Part shown: positions 12,168-20,467 of the stretch, piece after piece | Numbering within the stretch: the stretch's first letter is position 1 | Layout of the letters: the number at the start of each line of letters is the position of its first letter | Source: Archaeoglobus fulgidus DSM 4304 | GTDB lineage: Archaea > Halobacteriota > Archaeoglobi > Archaeoglobales > Archaeoglobaceae | Reading direction: 5' to 3' | Assembly (NCBI RefSeq): GCF_000008665.1 | Contig: NC_000917.1 | Coordinates: 1,560,001-1,592,000, forward strand | DNA: 32,000 nt | The notes under the pieces: model-generated | Database searches by the model: none | The model's input: only the letters and a program-made list of their open reading frames with translations | What the model was told of the DNA's origin: nothing | Position numbers and translations under genes: made by a program

Positions 12168-13394
12168 TCAAGCCCCAAACTTCTTCGCAATGTTCAGCAG
12201 ATCAAGGGCGATGTTGAGCAGGTCCATTCCCCTTATCCTGCACAGCCCGCCCTTGTACGCCTCGAACTCGCTGAAACTGCTAACCTCATCCCTTCTAACA
12301 TCCTCGTGAACGATTACAACAGGCACCGGGTCTGCGGTGTGGTCCTTAACCTTGATTGGGGTTGAGTGGTCTGCTGTAAGAATGAGGCAGGTCTTGCTGA
12401 AATCCAAGTCGAGCAGTGGGGCTATCTTTTCGTCAAGCTTCTCTATGAAGGCCTTCTTCCCCTCAAAATCTCCATCATGGCCGAGTTCGTCAGTTGCTTT
12501 TATGTGCAGCAGAACAACGTCGTAGCTTTCGAGGGCGTTTATTGCCGCCTTAACCTTTGCCTCAAGGTTCGTGTTCTTGTTTCCCGTCGCCCCTTCGGGA
12601 GTGATAACATCCGCCCCGACAACTCTGCCGACTCCTTTTATCAGGGCGGTTGCTGCTATAACGCAAAGCCTTAAGCCCGTCTTATCTTTAAAGCTCGGAA
12701 CGTGCGGCATCTCTCCAGCTCCCCTCAAAAGCAGGGCGTTGGCCTTCAGCAGCCCTTTTTCAGCCCTTTCCCTGTTGAGAGGGTGGTTCTCAAGCACCTC
12801 GTGGGCTTTCTGCATGAACTCGTTCACTATTTCAGCCGTTTTTTTGGCTTTTGCATCATCAGCAAGCGGAACGCAGCGCTTCACCTTCTTTCCCACTGCC
12901 TTGGGGTCGGTGTCGCTCACTCTGTCAGACAGCCCCTCCCCCCTGAAAACAACCGCCGCTCTGTGACCTGTCCCCCTCTCAACGAGAAGCTCCACCGGCA
13001 GCTCTATCTCGCGGAGGGCTTTGATTAACTCTGAAGTGTCCTCAATCCTCCCCGCCCTCCTGTCAACAACAGTCTTGTCGAATATGCTGCCCTCACCCTC
13101 TACAGTGGCAAAGTTTGCCCTGAAGGCCACGTCCCCCGGTTTGATTTCAATCCCCACTCCAGCAGCCTCAATCGGGCCCCTCCCGCTGTAGTATTTGTAG
13201 GGGTCGTAGCCGAGCAAAGCAAGATGGCTGGTGTCGCTGCCCGGCCTTATTCCGGGAGCGATGGTGTCCATAATCCCGTTAATCCCCATCTCAGCCAGTC
13301 TGTCGAGGTTTGGCTTTCTCGCAACACTCAGCGGGGTTTTACCGTCGATGGGCCTGTCTGATAGGCCGTCAACAACAATCAGCAGTACAGGCAC
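12168..13394 (-). CDS. apgM: 2,3-bisphosphoglycerate-independent phosphoglycerate mutase, archaeal type (ApgM)
   Basis: MPVLLIVVDGLSDRPIDGKTPLSVARKPNLDRLAEMGINGIMDTIAPGIRPGSDTSHLALLGYDP; LILTADHSTPI near the C-terminus. Confidence 0.92.
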   Translation of the reverse strand: MPVLLIVVDGLSDRPIDGKTPLSVARKPNLDRLAEMGINGIMDTIAPGIRPGSDTSHLALLGYDPYKYYSGRGPIEAAGVGIEIKPGDVAFRANFATVEGEGSIFDKTVVDRRAGRIEDTSELIKALREIELPVELLVERGTGHRAAVVFRGEGLSDRVSDTDPKAVGKKVKRCVPLADDAKAKKTAEIVNEFMQKAHEVLENHPLNRERAEKGLLKANALLLRGAGEMPHVPSFKDKTGLRLCVIAATALIKGVGRVVGADVITPEGATGNKNTNLEAKVKAAINALESYDVVLLHIKATDELGHDGDFEGKKAFIEKLDEKIAPLLDLDFSKTCLILTADHSTPIKVKDHTADPVPVVIVHEDVRRDEVSSFSEFEAYKGGLCRIRGMDLLNIALDLLNIAKKFGA

Positions 13395-13403
13395 TCTATC
13401 ACC

Positions 13404-14864
13404 TCAGCCTTTCAAGTATGCATCCCTAATCTGGACATATTTGCTATAAATCTCCTCGTATTTTCCCATCCCATCCTCGGACGGCATAACCTCTGTGAAA
13501 TCGGGTAGGAAGGTTGTAAGAGCGTCGTCAATACCATTGAAGCTGTCAGATCCGGAAGCTGCAAGAATTGCCGCCCCCCTCGCAGTCGCTTCCACATCAG
13601 ATGAAACGAGGCATTTTCTGCCGGTAACGTCAGCAAAAATCTGGTTCCAAAGCCTGCTGTTCGCTGCTCCGCCATCAAGGCGAAGCTCCTCAATGCTGAT
13701 TCCCTTATTCTCCATCACCTCAATGTTGCTTCTCACCTCGAAAGCTACTGCCTCCATCACAGCCCTCGCAATGTCTCCTCTGTTGTGGGCAAGAGTTAAG
13801 CCGAATATAACCCCCTTCGCCTCCGGATTCCAGTGGGGACAGCCAGCTCCGGAAAAGAAGGGCAGGATGAACACACCTCTCGCCCCCACTCCTGACTTCT
13901 CAGCCTCCTCGTTAATCACATCATAGCCCTCACCGTGATAGAAGGCTTTCTTAACCCACGATAGCAGGCTGCCCGTGGTGAAGATGCTCACCTCGCCCAC
14001 ATTGATGCCGGGCAGAACGTGGGCGGAGTATATGATGTCTCCGTGGCCTCTGACTTTCTCCACAGGTGCAACCATGAAGGTCCCCGTTCCCGTCGTGGAC
14101 TTCACGCTCCCCTCCTCAACAACACCCTGAGCGAGGGCGGAGCACTGCTGGTCTCCCCCACCTGCAACCACTACCGGATTCGAACTTATGCCAAGCTTCT
14201 CCGCCACGTTCCCCCTGATCTCCCCCACAACCTCTCCCGAATTGACGAGATCAGGCATCAGAGACAGGTCAAGGTTGAATTCGGCAGCGATTTCATCGCA
14301 CCACTTCCTCGAATTCAGGTCGAGGAGCATCGTCCTTGAGGCGTTTGAGTAGTCCGTCACAACCTCTCCGGTTAGCCTGTAAACGATGTAGTCGTGGACG
14401 AGCATCAGCTTCCAGCTTTTCTCTATGACTTCAGGCCTGTTCCTCATCCACCAGAGAATTTTCGGCAGGGAGAAGTAGGGGTCCGGCTTTAGTCCGGTAA
14501 TTTTTGCAACCCTTTCCTCCCCGATTCTCTCCTTTATCAGCTCAACCTCCTCCCTGCACCTCCTGTCCTGCCAGACTATCGCTCTGCTTACAGGCTCACC
14601 GTCTCTGCCAACGGGGACGATTGTTTCCCTCTGATTTGCAACAGCTATAGCTGCTATGCTGTCAGAGGCTTTGGCAATCTTCACCGCCTGCCTGCAGGCA
14701 TCGATGATGCTGTTCCACCAGTGCTCGGCATCCTGCTCGACCCATCCCGGCTGGGGGTAGTAGGTTTCAAACTCGGAGTAGCTCTTTGCAACCAGATTTC
14801 CATCGGCATCGTAAACTCCCACAGTCACTCCTGTCGTTCCCGCATCGATGCCGAGAAAATGCAC
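13404..14864 (-). CDS. FGGY-family carbohydrate kinase (glycerol kinase / xylulokinase type)
   Basis: HFLGIDAGTTGVTVGVYDADGN, ANQRETIVPVGRDGEPVSRAIVWQDRR, LDGGAANSRLWNQIFADVTG. Track start is 14885; GTG at 14864 follows AGGAGGTGA and overlaps the upstream TAG by one base. Confidence 0.88.
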   Translation of the reverse strand: MHFLGIDAGTTGVTVGVYDADGNLVAKSYSEFETYYPQPGWVEQDAEHWWNSIIDACRQAVKIAKASDSIAAIAVANQRETIVPVGRDGEPVSRAIVWQDRRCREEVELIKERIGEERVAKITGLKPDPYFSLPKILWWMRNRPEVIEKSWKLMLVHDYIVYRLTGEVVTDYSNASRTMLLDLNSRKWCDEIAAEFNLDLSLMPDLVNSGEVVGEIRGNVAEKLGISSNPVVVAGGGDQQCSALAQGVVEEGSVKSTTGTGTFMVAPVEKVRGHGDIIYSAHVLPGINVGEVSIFTTGSLLSWVKKAFYHGEGYDVINEEAEKSGVGARGVFILPFFSGAGCPHWNPEAKGVIFGLTLAHNRGDIARAVMEAVAFEVRSNIEVMENKGISIEELRLDGGAANSRLWNQIFADVTGRKCLVSSDVEATARGAAILAASGSDSFNGIDDALTTFLPDFTEVMPSEDGMGKYEEIYSKYVQIRDAYLKG

Positions 14865-15664
14865 TAAATCACCTCCTCTATCCACTTCAGCATGTCAGCA
14901 AGCACCCTCTCCTTCTCGGGCTCGTTGTGGGGCTCGTGATAAAAGCCTTCGTAGCTGACAAACTTGCAAAGCTCCCCAGCCCTTTTTGCAAACTCCTGAC
15001 TTGCTCTGTAGGAGGTTATTTGGTCAGCAGTTCCGTGTATCAGAAGAATGGGCTTTCTCAGCCTGTCTGCATTCTCCAGCGCCCATTTTCCCGCTTCAAG
15101 AGATTGCAGAATGAATCGAGGGGAGATTTTGTCGTGGACGAGGGGGTCAGAAACATAGGCCTCAACAACTTCCCTATCTCTGCTGATTAAGTTTGGGTCG
15201 ATGCCATTTGAAAGCTGAATTGAAGGAGCAACAACGTTGAGGAGCTTCAGAATGAAAAACAGGTGTTTTGGTAGCTCCTTTGGCAGAGCAAGGAAGGGAG
15301 CGGAAATTATACCTCCCGCAATGTCGGGGTCGTATCTCAGGATGTAGTTCAGAGCGAGATTCCCGCCCATGCTGTGGCCGTAGAGTATCTTCGGGCAGTC
15401 GTAATCCAAACTTTGGAGGAAAAGGGTGATGTCATCCATTAACTGCTGATATTCAGCATGCCCCCTCTTCCCCTCCGACCTTCCATGCCCCCTCAAATCA
15501 AAAGCTGCAAAGGAGATGCCATTCTCATTGAAAAACCTTGCAACGTGCTCGTATCTTCCAGAGTGCTCCCCCAGACCATGAACAAGACAGATTACAGCTC
15601 TTGGAGACTCAACATCCCACCTTCGAGTGTAGAGAGTGAGCCCGTCTTTCGTTCTTAGAGTCAT
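14864..15664 (-). CDS. Alpha/beta hydrolase, monoacylglycerol lipase / lysophospholipase-like
   Basis: VHGLGEHSGRYEHVARFF, GHSMGGNLALNYILRY nucleophile elbow, LLIHGTADQITSY, C-terminal GFYHEPHNEPE. Confidence 0.9.
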   Translation of the reverse strand: MTLRTKDGLTLYTRRWDVESPRAVICLVHGLGEHSGRYEHVARFFNENGISFAAFDLRGHGRSEGKRGHAEYQQLMDDITLFLQSLDYDCPKILYGHSMGGNLALNYILRYDPDIAGGIISAPFLALPKELPKHLFFILKLLNVVAPSIQLSNGIDPNLISRDREVVEAYVSDPLVHDKISPRFILQSLEAGKWALENADRLRKPILLIHGTADQITSYRASQEFAKRAGELCKFVSYEGFYHEPHNEPEKERVLADMLKWIEEVI

Positions 15665-15703
15665 GTCTGGTCTTGGCAGAAAAAAGATTAAAATTTTTCG
15701 CAG

Positions 15704-16006
15704 TCACACAGCAAGCCTCAGAAGGTAGTAAGAAAGCACTGCTGCAAAGATTGACAGACCGAAGTTTCTCCAGCGGTAGAAGCTCAATATGAGGGGAAAT
15801 AGGGCTGCAACCCTCACGCCAAACTCTGCCGCATCAGGTGTAAACACGGAGGTTACAAAAAGGGCGGAGATTACCGATGTGGACGAGAGGGACAGAAAGC
15901 TCTTAATTTTGTCGGATGTGGCGAATTTAATCTTCAGCGGGAGGAATCTGGCTAAGTAGGTTCCCAGAGCGACGGCAATGATGGCCAAGACTTTCTCACT
16001 CACCAT
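15704..16006 (-). CDS. azlD: AzlD-like branched-chain amino acid transport protein
   Basis: 100 aa hydrophobic protein; ...GTYLARFLPLKIKF...LSLSSTSVISALFVTSVF... AzlD pattern, overlapping the azlC-like gene. Confidence 0.8.
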   Translation of the reverse strand: MVSEKVLAIIAVALGTYLARFLPLKIKFATSDKIKSFLSLSSTSVISALFVTSVFTPDAAEFGVRVAALFPLILSFYRWRNFGLSIFAAVLSYYLLRLAV

Positions 16007-16655
16007 CCCACCCCGAAAGCAGCGGTCCTGCTAAGGCGGCTGCAATTATTCCAACAGAAGTGAGGTTAAGCAGGTGGAAAGCCAAGGCAACAGCTCCACC
16101 GCTAACAGCCGCTCTGACATGCCTGCCCTTCAGGTTCGGGAGCAGGAGAACCAGAAACAGGGCTGAGATTGAGAAGACCAATGCAGAATAAACGTCCCTG
16201 TCGAGAATCAAGGTGCTTCCCGCAAGAACTCCCAGTGCAGTCCCCCCAACCCATGCCGAGTAGGAGCCGAGCTCAAGGCCGAGCAGAAATCTCTCATTTT
16301 CAGCGGAGTTCACCGAGACTGCAAAAACCTCGTCAGTCAGGCCGAAGGCTGAAATGTGTGGAAAGCGCAGTTTCAGCTTCTGGGCTATTATCGAGCTGTA
16401 AATTATGTGCCTGAGGTTGAGGAAGATGGGGATGAAAATCGCACTTAGCAAGGACTGGCTGTAGAGGGTGATGAGGGCAAACTGACTCGCTCCCGCGAAT
16501 ATCAGCAGAGATGCAAGCATTGCCTCCACTTCTGAAAAGCCGAGAGTTCTGGCTAAAACGCCAAAGGTGAAAGCCACAGGAATGTAAGCCATTACGATGG
16601 GAAAGCTGTAAACCAGTCCCTTTCTGAACATAGCAGATTTGCTGAGGGAATGCAT
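15996..16655 (-). CDS. azlC: AzlC-like branched-chain amino acid permease
   Basis: GLVYSFPIVMAYIPVAFTFGVLARTLGFSEVEAMLASLLIFAGASQFALITLYSQ...IPIFLNLRHIIYSSII. Confidence 0.9.
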   Translation of the reverse strand: MHSLSKSAMFRKGLVYSFPIVMAYIPVAFTFGVLARTLGFSEVEAMLASLLIFAGASQFALITLYSQSLLSAIFIPIFLNLRHIIYSSIIAQKLKLRFPHISAFGLTDEVFAVSVNSAENERFLLGLELGSYSAWVGGTALGVLAGSTLILDRDVYSALVFSISALFLVLLLPNLKGRHVRAAVSGGAVALAFHLLNLTSVGIIAAALAGPLLSGWDGE

Positions 16656-16770
16656 AAAGCCTTATTGAGTTTGAGAGGTAAACACCGAAGATGAGCTGGA
16701 TAGAATTTCAAAGGAAATCAGACGCAATTTCAGGTGGAATTCTGAAGCTCATTCTGACAGAAAAATGAAA

Positions 16771-17112
16771 TCACTTGTACTCGTGAGTGCCGAGCTTTAC
16801 TGGAATTTGGAAGGCATTCTCTACTATCTTCGCCCACTCCTCGGCGCTTCTGTAGGGGCAGCCCGGATCTCTCAGCATGCAGGAGCTGAAGTAAATCGCA
16901 TCCGGCTTTACCTCAGACAGCTTCATTGTCATGCCGATGTTCGGCACCAACGTGTTTCCGGGGCATTCGCACCTCACAAAGCCAATCACTCTAACCGGCT
17001 CGTCAAACTTCCCCTCTCCGAGCGCAGCAGCCTTCAGACAGCGCCACTCACCGGGGCAGCCGTAGGTCGTGTCCATGTAGCTCCCGCAACCAACAATAAA
17101 AATGTCCTTCAT
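16771..17112 (-). CDS. CGGC-domain-like Cys-rich putative metal-binding protein
   Basis: 113 aa; VGCGSYMDTTYGCPGEWRCLKAA, VGFVRCECPGN-type segment and SSCMLRDPGCPYRSAEEWAKIVE. Confidence 0.75.
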   Translation of the reverse strand: MKDIFIVGCGSYMDTTYGCPGEWRCLKAAALGEGKFDEPVRVIGFVRCECPGNTLVPNIGMTMKLSEVKPDAIYFSSCMLRDPGCPYRSAEEWAKIVENAFQIPVKLGTHEYK

Positions 17113-17238
17113 GCTACTATGTCATCACTTGAACTAAAAATTTTTCGAAACAGACCATTTAATACTCTTGCCAAAGATTAATTGTATTTACTTTGAGACA
17201 TATAATTCTTAAAATGTTTTTAAAGTTGATCGCAGTTA

Positions 17239-17613
17239 TTATCCTTTTTCGATATACCATTTCATCCATTTTTTTATGGCTACAGAAGCAGCAAAATTGA
17301 CTATGAAACCATAAACGCCAAATAGGGCTAATGGTAAATATTCCACAGAAAAAACGTCAAATCCCTGCTGAAAGTCCCTTATGGATGGGTAGATATAGGT
17401 GAATGATAGGATAAGTACTCCAGTGACTATATGATGCAAATACATAATTTCAAAAATTTTATCCCATTCTCTGCTGACAGCCATCTTTATTATAAGAAGC
17501 TCCGGTTCCGTAGAAGGTTTTTGGAATAGGTGGGTTGAGCTGGTAGCCATCACAATTGCTGCACTCAAAATCAAGCCGAAAAATACAAGGCTAAACCTCA
17601 TTCTATCACTCAT
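17239..17613 (-). CDS. Small integral membrane protein, unknown function
   Basis: 124 aa with about three hydrophobic segments. Start ATG preceded by GGTGAGGTGG overlapping the end of the upstream gene, suggesting coupling. Confidence 0.7.
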
Positions 17614-17622
17614 TCTACCACC

Positions 17623-18276
17623 TCACCAGTCGGAGGTGGCTAAGCAAAGAGAAGAGTCCCCTATGATTTTATTTTTAACCACATCTGAGTTTGAACCAAA
17701 CTCGCTCAACACTTGTTGTTCTGCGTGATCCCTGGCTTCAGAAATAGTTACGTCTAAGTGTCTTCCTTTATCGAAAAACGCTGAATAAAATCTGGCATTG
17801 TTGACAGTATAGACGCTGTCAGTATATCCGAAGTACGCATCGAATCCCTTGTTAAGGAAGGTATTACCCAGATCATCGTAGGTTGCGGAATCGCATGCTC
17901 CGGCAAAGATAAAGTATCCGTCGTAATTTAGCCATCTGTTCACTTCGTTATCGTACAACTTGCTACCATCCTTAAACTGGAGAAAACTCGATCCCCAAAT
18001 CCACCAGCCATCTGCACCGCCGTGACTGTGTATCAGGACTATCTTCGTGTGGGTGGGGTTCATAGAATTTAGGTGGTCTATAAAATCATGATCCGAGTTT
18101 GAGTACTGGTAGTCCAAGACTCCATCCACCCAGAATATGCTGGAAATGTAGTTGTGCGCTTCATCAAGCCTTTCATTTATGTAAGCTAAAACCTCGTTGT
18201 TCATCGGTTCTTGCTGCGTTCTCGTTCTATCTACCAAGCCATCGTATGCAGCAGCGGTGGCAGAAATTACAGCCAA
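17623..18276 (-). CDS. Secreted clan CD-like (caspase/gingipain-like) cysteine peptidase candidate
   Basis: KIVLIHSHGGADGWWIWG and YDGYFIFAGACDSATYDDLGNTFLNKGFDAYFGYTDSV resemble the His-Gly and Ala-Cys dyad context of clan CD peptidases; TTG start within a hydrophobic Ala-rich signal-like N-terminus. Confidence 0.65.
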   Translation of the reverse strand: MAVISATAAAYDGLVDRTRTQQEPMNNEVLAYINERLDEAHNYISSIFWVDGVLDYQYSNSDHDFIDHLNSMNPTHTKIVLIHSHGGADGWWIWGSSFLQFKDGSKLYDNEVNRWLNYDGYFIFAGACDSATYDDLGNTFLNKGFDAYFGYTDSVYTVNNARFYSAFFDKGRHLDVTISEARDHAEQQVLSEFGSNSDVVKNKIIGDSSLCLATSDW

Positions 18277-18429
18277 TACTAAGCCACACTTACCCTGTGT
18301 TTCACGAACTCACCCCCGACTTTTTGAGTGCATTCGGTTTAATTTGTATAATAAACCAACGAAAACGTTCGAAAATCTTTGAACGAATTCGTAAGGCTTA
18401 TAAATTTTTGGACTCTTGCGCTATTGCGC

Positions 18430-18751
18430 TTATTTTACTGCTGACAGACTGACGGGCAATCTAACATGAGCATTGGTTCCAGAAAAGCAAAAGCAATATA
18501 AGATCCGATGGCGGGGTGCCCCAAACCGTATAGATGAGTCGAGCCAGACCGCCGAAATCAGCCCCAAGTAGCCCAGATCAGAATATGTGAGGGCGATGCC
18601 GTATTCGGGATTTAGCACAGCATAGTAGTCCCACTCCTTAATTCTGTATCAGGGCTGATTTTTGCTCTGGAGTACCTTAAAAGCTCTCTGCGTGCCTGAG
18701 CGAGATTTTATCATCCAGCAGCTCGGAAGGCTCAACAATCTCCCGCTGCAC
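18430..18751 (-). pseudogene. Decayed N-terminal gene fragment, possibly DUF2804-like
   Basis: Minus strand from GTG 18751: MQREIVEPSELLDDKISLRHAESF*, then in another frame RIKEWDYYAVLNPEYGIALTYSDLGYLGLISAVWLDSSIRFG. Both pieces resemble the start of DUF2804-type proteins but are split by a frameshift and stops. Confidence 0.45.
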
Positions 18752-18753
18752 GG

Positions 18754-19590
18754 TCAGAAGAGCAGAGATGGAATGTGCATAACCTCAACACCGTCCTTGT
18801 AAACCGTGATGTCTCCACCGCTCTCAGAAACGACAACAGCGATCGCCTTTGTCTCCTTCGTTATTGAGGCGCATGCAATATGCCTCCCCCCGAGTCCGCG
18901 CTTAATCTTGGATACCAAATCCTTTGCTGAAGCTTCGATATACCTTCCGCATGCGATGATGATGCCGTTTTCGTCAAGCACGAAAACACCGTCAATCTGG
19001 GCGAACTCCATGACGCTCTCCCAGTTCTCGGGATTTTTTATATCCCTGTCCGCCTCCTTGTGTCCGTGATAGGGGTTTATCACAAGCTGGCTCGACCTGC
19101 TCATAACCTCCTCCACATCCCCCATAACGAAGGCCGTCCCTATCTTTCTCCCCTCCCTCCCCTTCTGAGCAATGTTCAGGGCAACGGTGAGAACGGCTCT
19201 AAACGCCTCGGGATGAACTCTTTCTACACACTCTTCAACCGCCTTAAGAAATGAGCTCTTTTCTGGTTCAAAGATGGTTAAACCCTTCAGGGTGTCGGTG
19301 TCGAAAACCACAACTGCTCTTCCAAACTCAAAACCCTTCAAATACATTTGAGCGGAAATGTACTCCCTCGCTCTGTAAATCTGGGCAAATTTTTCCGCTA
19401 TGATCTTCTCTTCACTCTCCTCGAAGTAGTATATCATGCTGTCCAGAATTGTCGCAAACTTTTTGGGTGCTTGAATGATTTCAAAACCTTCTAACTCTTC
19501 CTCAAACTCCTCCTTGGAGATTAAGGCTATCCTTTCTATCCCGTATTCTTCGGCGATTTTCAAAGCAGAGTTAACGAGCACTGAAAGCAT
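18754..19590 (-). CDS. dacZ: DisA_N-domain diadenylate cyclase (DacZ-like, c-di-AMP synthase)
   Basis: GTAFVMGDVEEVMSRSSQLVINPYHGH, FAQIDGVFVLDENGIIIACGRYIE, GLGGRHIACASITKETKAIAVVVSESGGDITVYKDG. Start placed at MLSVLVNSALKIAEEYG (19590), not 19779, which would overlap the divergent gene. Confidence 0.85.
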   Translation of the reverse strand: MLSVLVNSALKIAEEYGIERIALISKEEFEEELEGFEIIQAPKKFATILDSMIYYFEESEEKIIAEKFAQIYRAREYISAQMYLKGFEFGRAVVVFDTDTLKGLTIFEPEKSSFLKAVEECVERVHPEAFRAVLTVALNIAQKGREGRKIGTAFVMGDVEEVMSRSSQLVINPYHGHKEADRDIKNPENWESVMEFAQIDGVFVLDENGIIIACGRYIEASAKDLVSKIKRGLGGRHIACASITKETKAIAVVVSESGGDITVYKDGVEVMHIPSLLF

Positions 19591-19642
19591 CCAATCATTA
19601 AATGAATGAAAAAATTTTAAACTTAACGCTTCTAAAATAACC

Positions 19643-20467
19643 ATGCTTCGAAAGATGTTACTTCCCACGGACCTTTCCGAAAACAGCTTTAAAGTCCTCG
19701 AATACCTTGGTGACTTCAAAAAAGTTGGTGTTGAGGAGATTGGTGTTCTCTTTGTCATAAACCTTACAAAGCTTAGCACGGTTAGCGGCGGGATTGATAT
19801 TGACCACTACATTGACGAAATGTCAGAGAAGGCTGAAGAAGTGCTGCCCGAAGTTGCGCAGAAAATTGAAGCCGCGGGAATTAAGGCGGAAGTCATCAAA
19901 CCCTTCCCTGCGGGAGACCCGGTTGTTGAGATTATCAAAGCATCCGAAAACTACAGCTTCATTGCCATGGGCTCAAGAGGGGCGAGCAAATTCAAGAAAA
20001 TACTTCTTGGAAGTGTCTCGGAGGGAGTTCTCCACGACTCAAAGGTGCCTGTTTATATTTTCAAACACGATATGGTGGTCAACAGCCTTTTTGACAGGGT
20101 TCTCGTGGCTTACGACTTCTCGAAGTGGGCTGACAGAGCGCTTGAATACGCGAAGTTCGTCGTTAAAAAGACTGGAGGAGAACTGCACATAATCCACGTC
20201 TCTGAGGATGGAGATAAAACGGCCGATTTAAGAGTGATGGAGGAGGTAATAGGGGCGGAGGGTATTGAGGTTCACGTTCACATAGAGTCTGGAACACCGC
20301 ACAAGGCGATACTGGCAAAAAGAGAGGAGATTAATGCCACCACGATCTTTATGGGCTCAAGAGGAGCGGGAAGTGTGATGACAATGATACTTGGAAGCAC
20401 CTCTGAAAGCGTTATAAGGCGCTCCCCTGTTCCGGTTTTCGTATGCAAGAGAGGTGACGACGAATGA
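19643..20467 (+). CDS. Tandem universal stress protein (two UspA domains)
   Basis: MLRKMLLPTDLSENSFKVLEYL...GSRGASKFKKILLGSVSEGVL then RVLVAYDFSKWADRALEYAKF...GSRGAGSVMTMILGSTSESVI; ATP-binding GxxGx9GS motifs in both halves. Confidence 0.93.
   Translation: MLRKMLLPTDLSENSFKVLEYLGDFKKVGVEEIGVLFVINLTKLSTVSGGIDIDHYIDEMSEKAEEVLPEVAQKIEAAGIKAEVIKPFPAGDPVVEIIKASENYSFIAMGSRGASKFKKILLGSVSEGVLHDSKVPVYIFKHDMVVNSLFDRVLVAYDFSKWADRALEYAKFVVKKTGGELHIIHVSEDGDKTADLRVMEEVIGAEGIEVHVHIESGTPHKAILAKREEINATTIFMGSRGAGSVMTMILGSTSESVIRRSPVPVFVCKRGDDE

Noticed and set aside
12337-13926. Several + ORFs opposite apgM and the FGGY kinase (12366..12674, 12571..12966, 13495..13926)
   Set aside because: Shadow ORFs of high-confidence minus-strand genes.
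18430-18618. 62 aa minus ORF as an independent gene
   Set aside because: Its reading frame continues upstream without a start into the decayed fragment; better explained as pseudogene remains.
19591-19779. N-terminal extension of the diadenylate cyclase ORF
   Set aside because: It would overlap the first ~137 bp of the divergent USP gene; MLSVLVNSALKIAEEYG at 19590 is the natural start.
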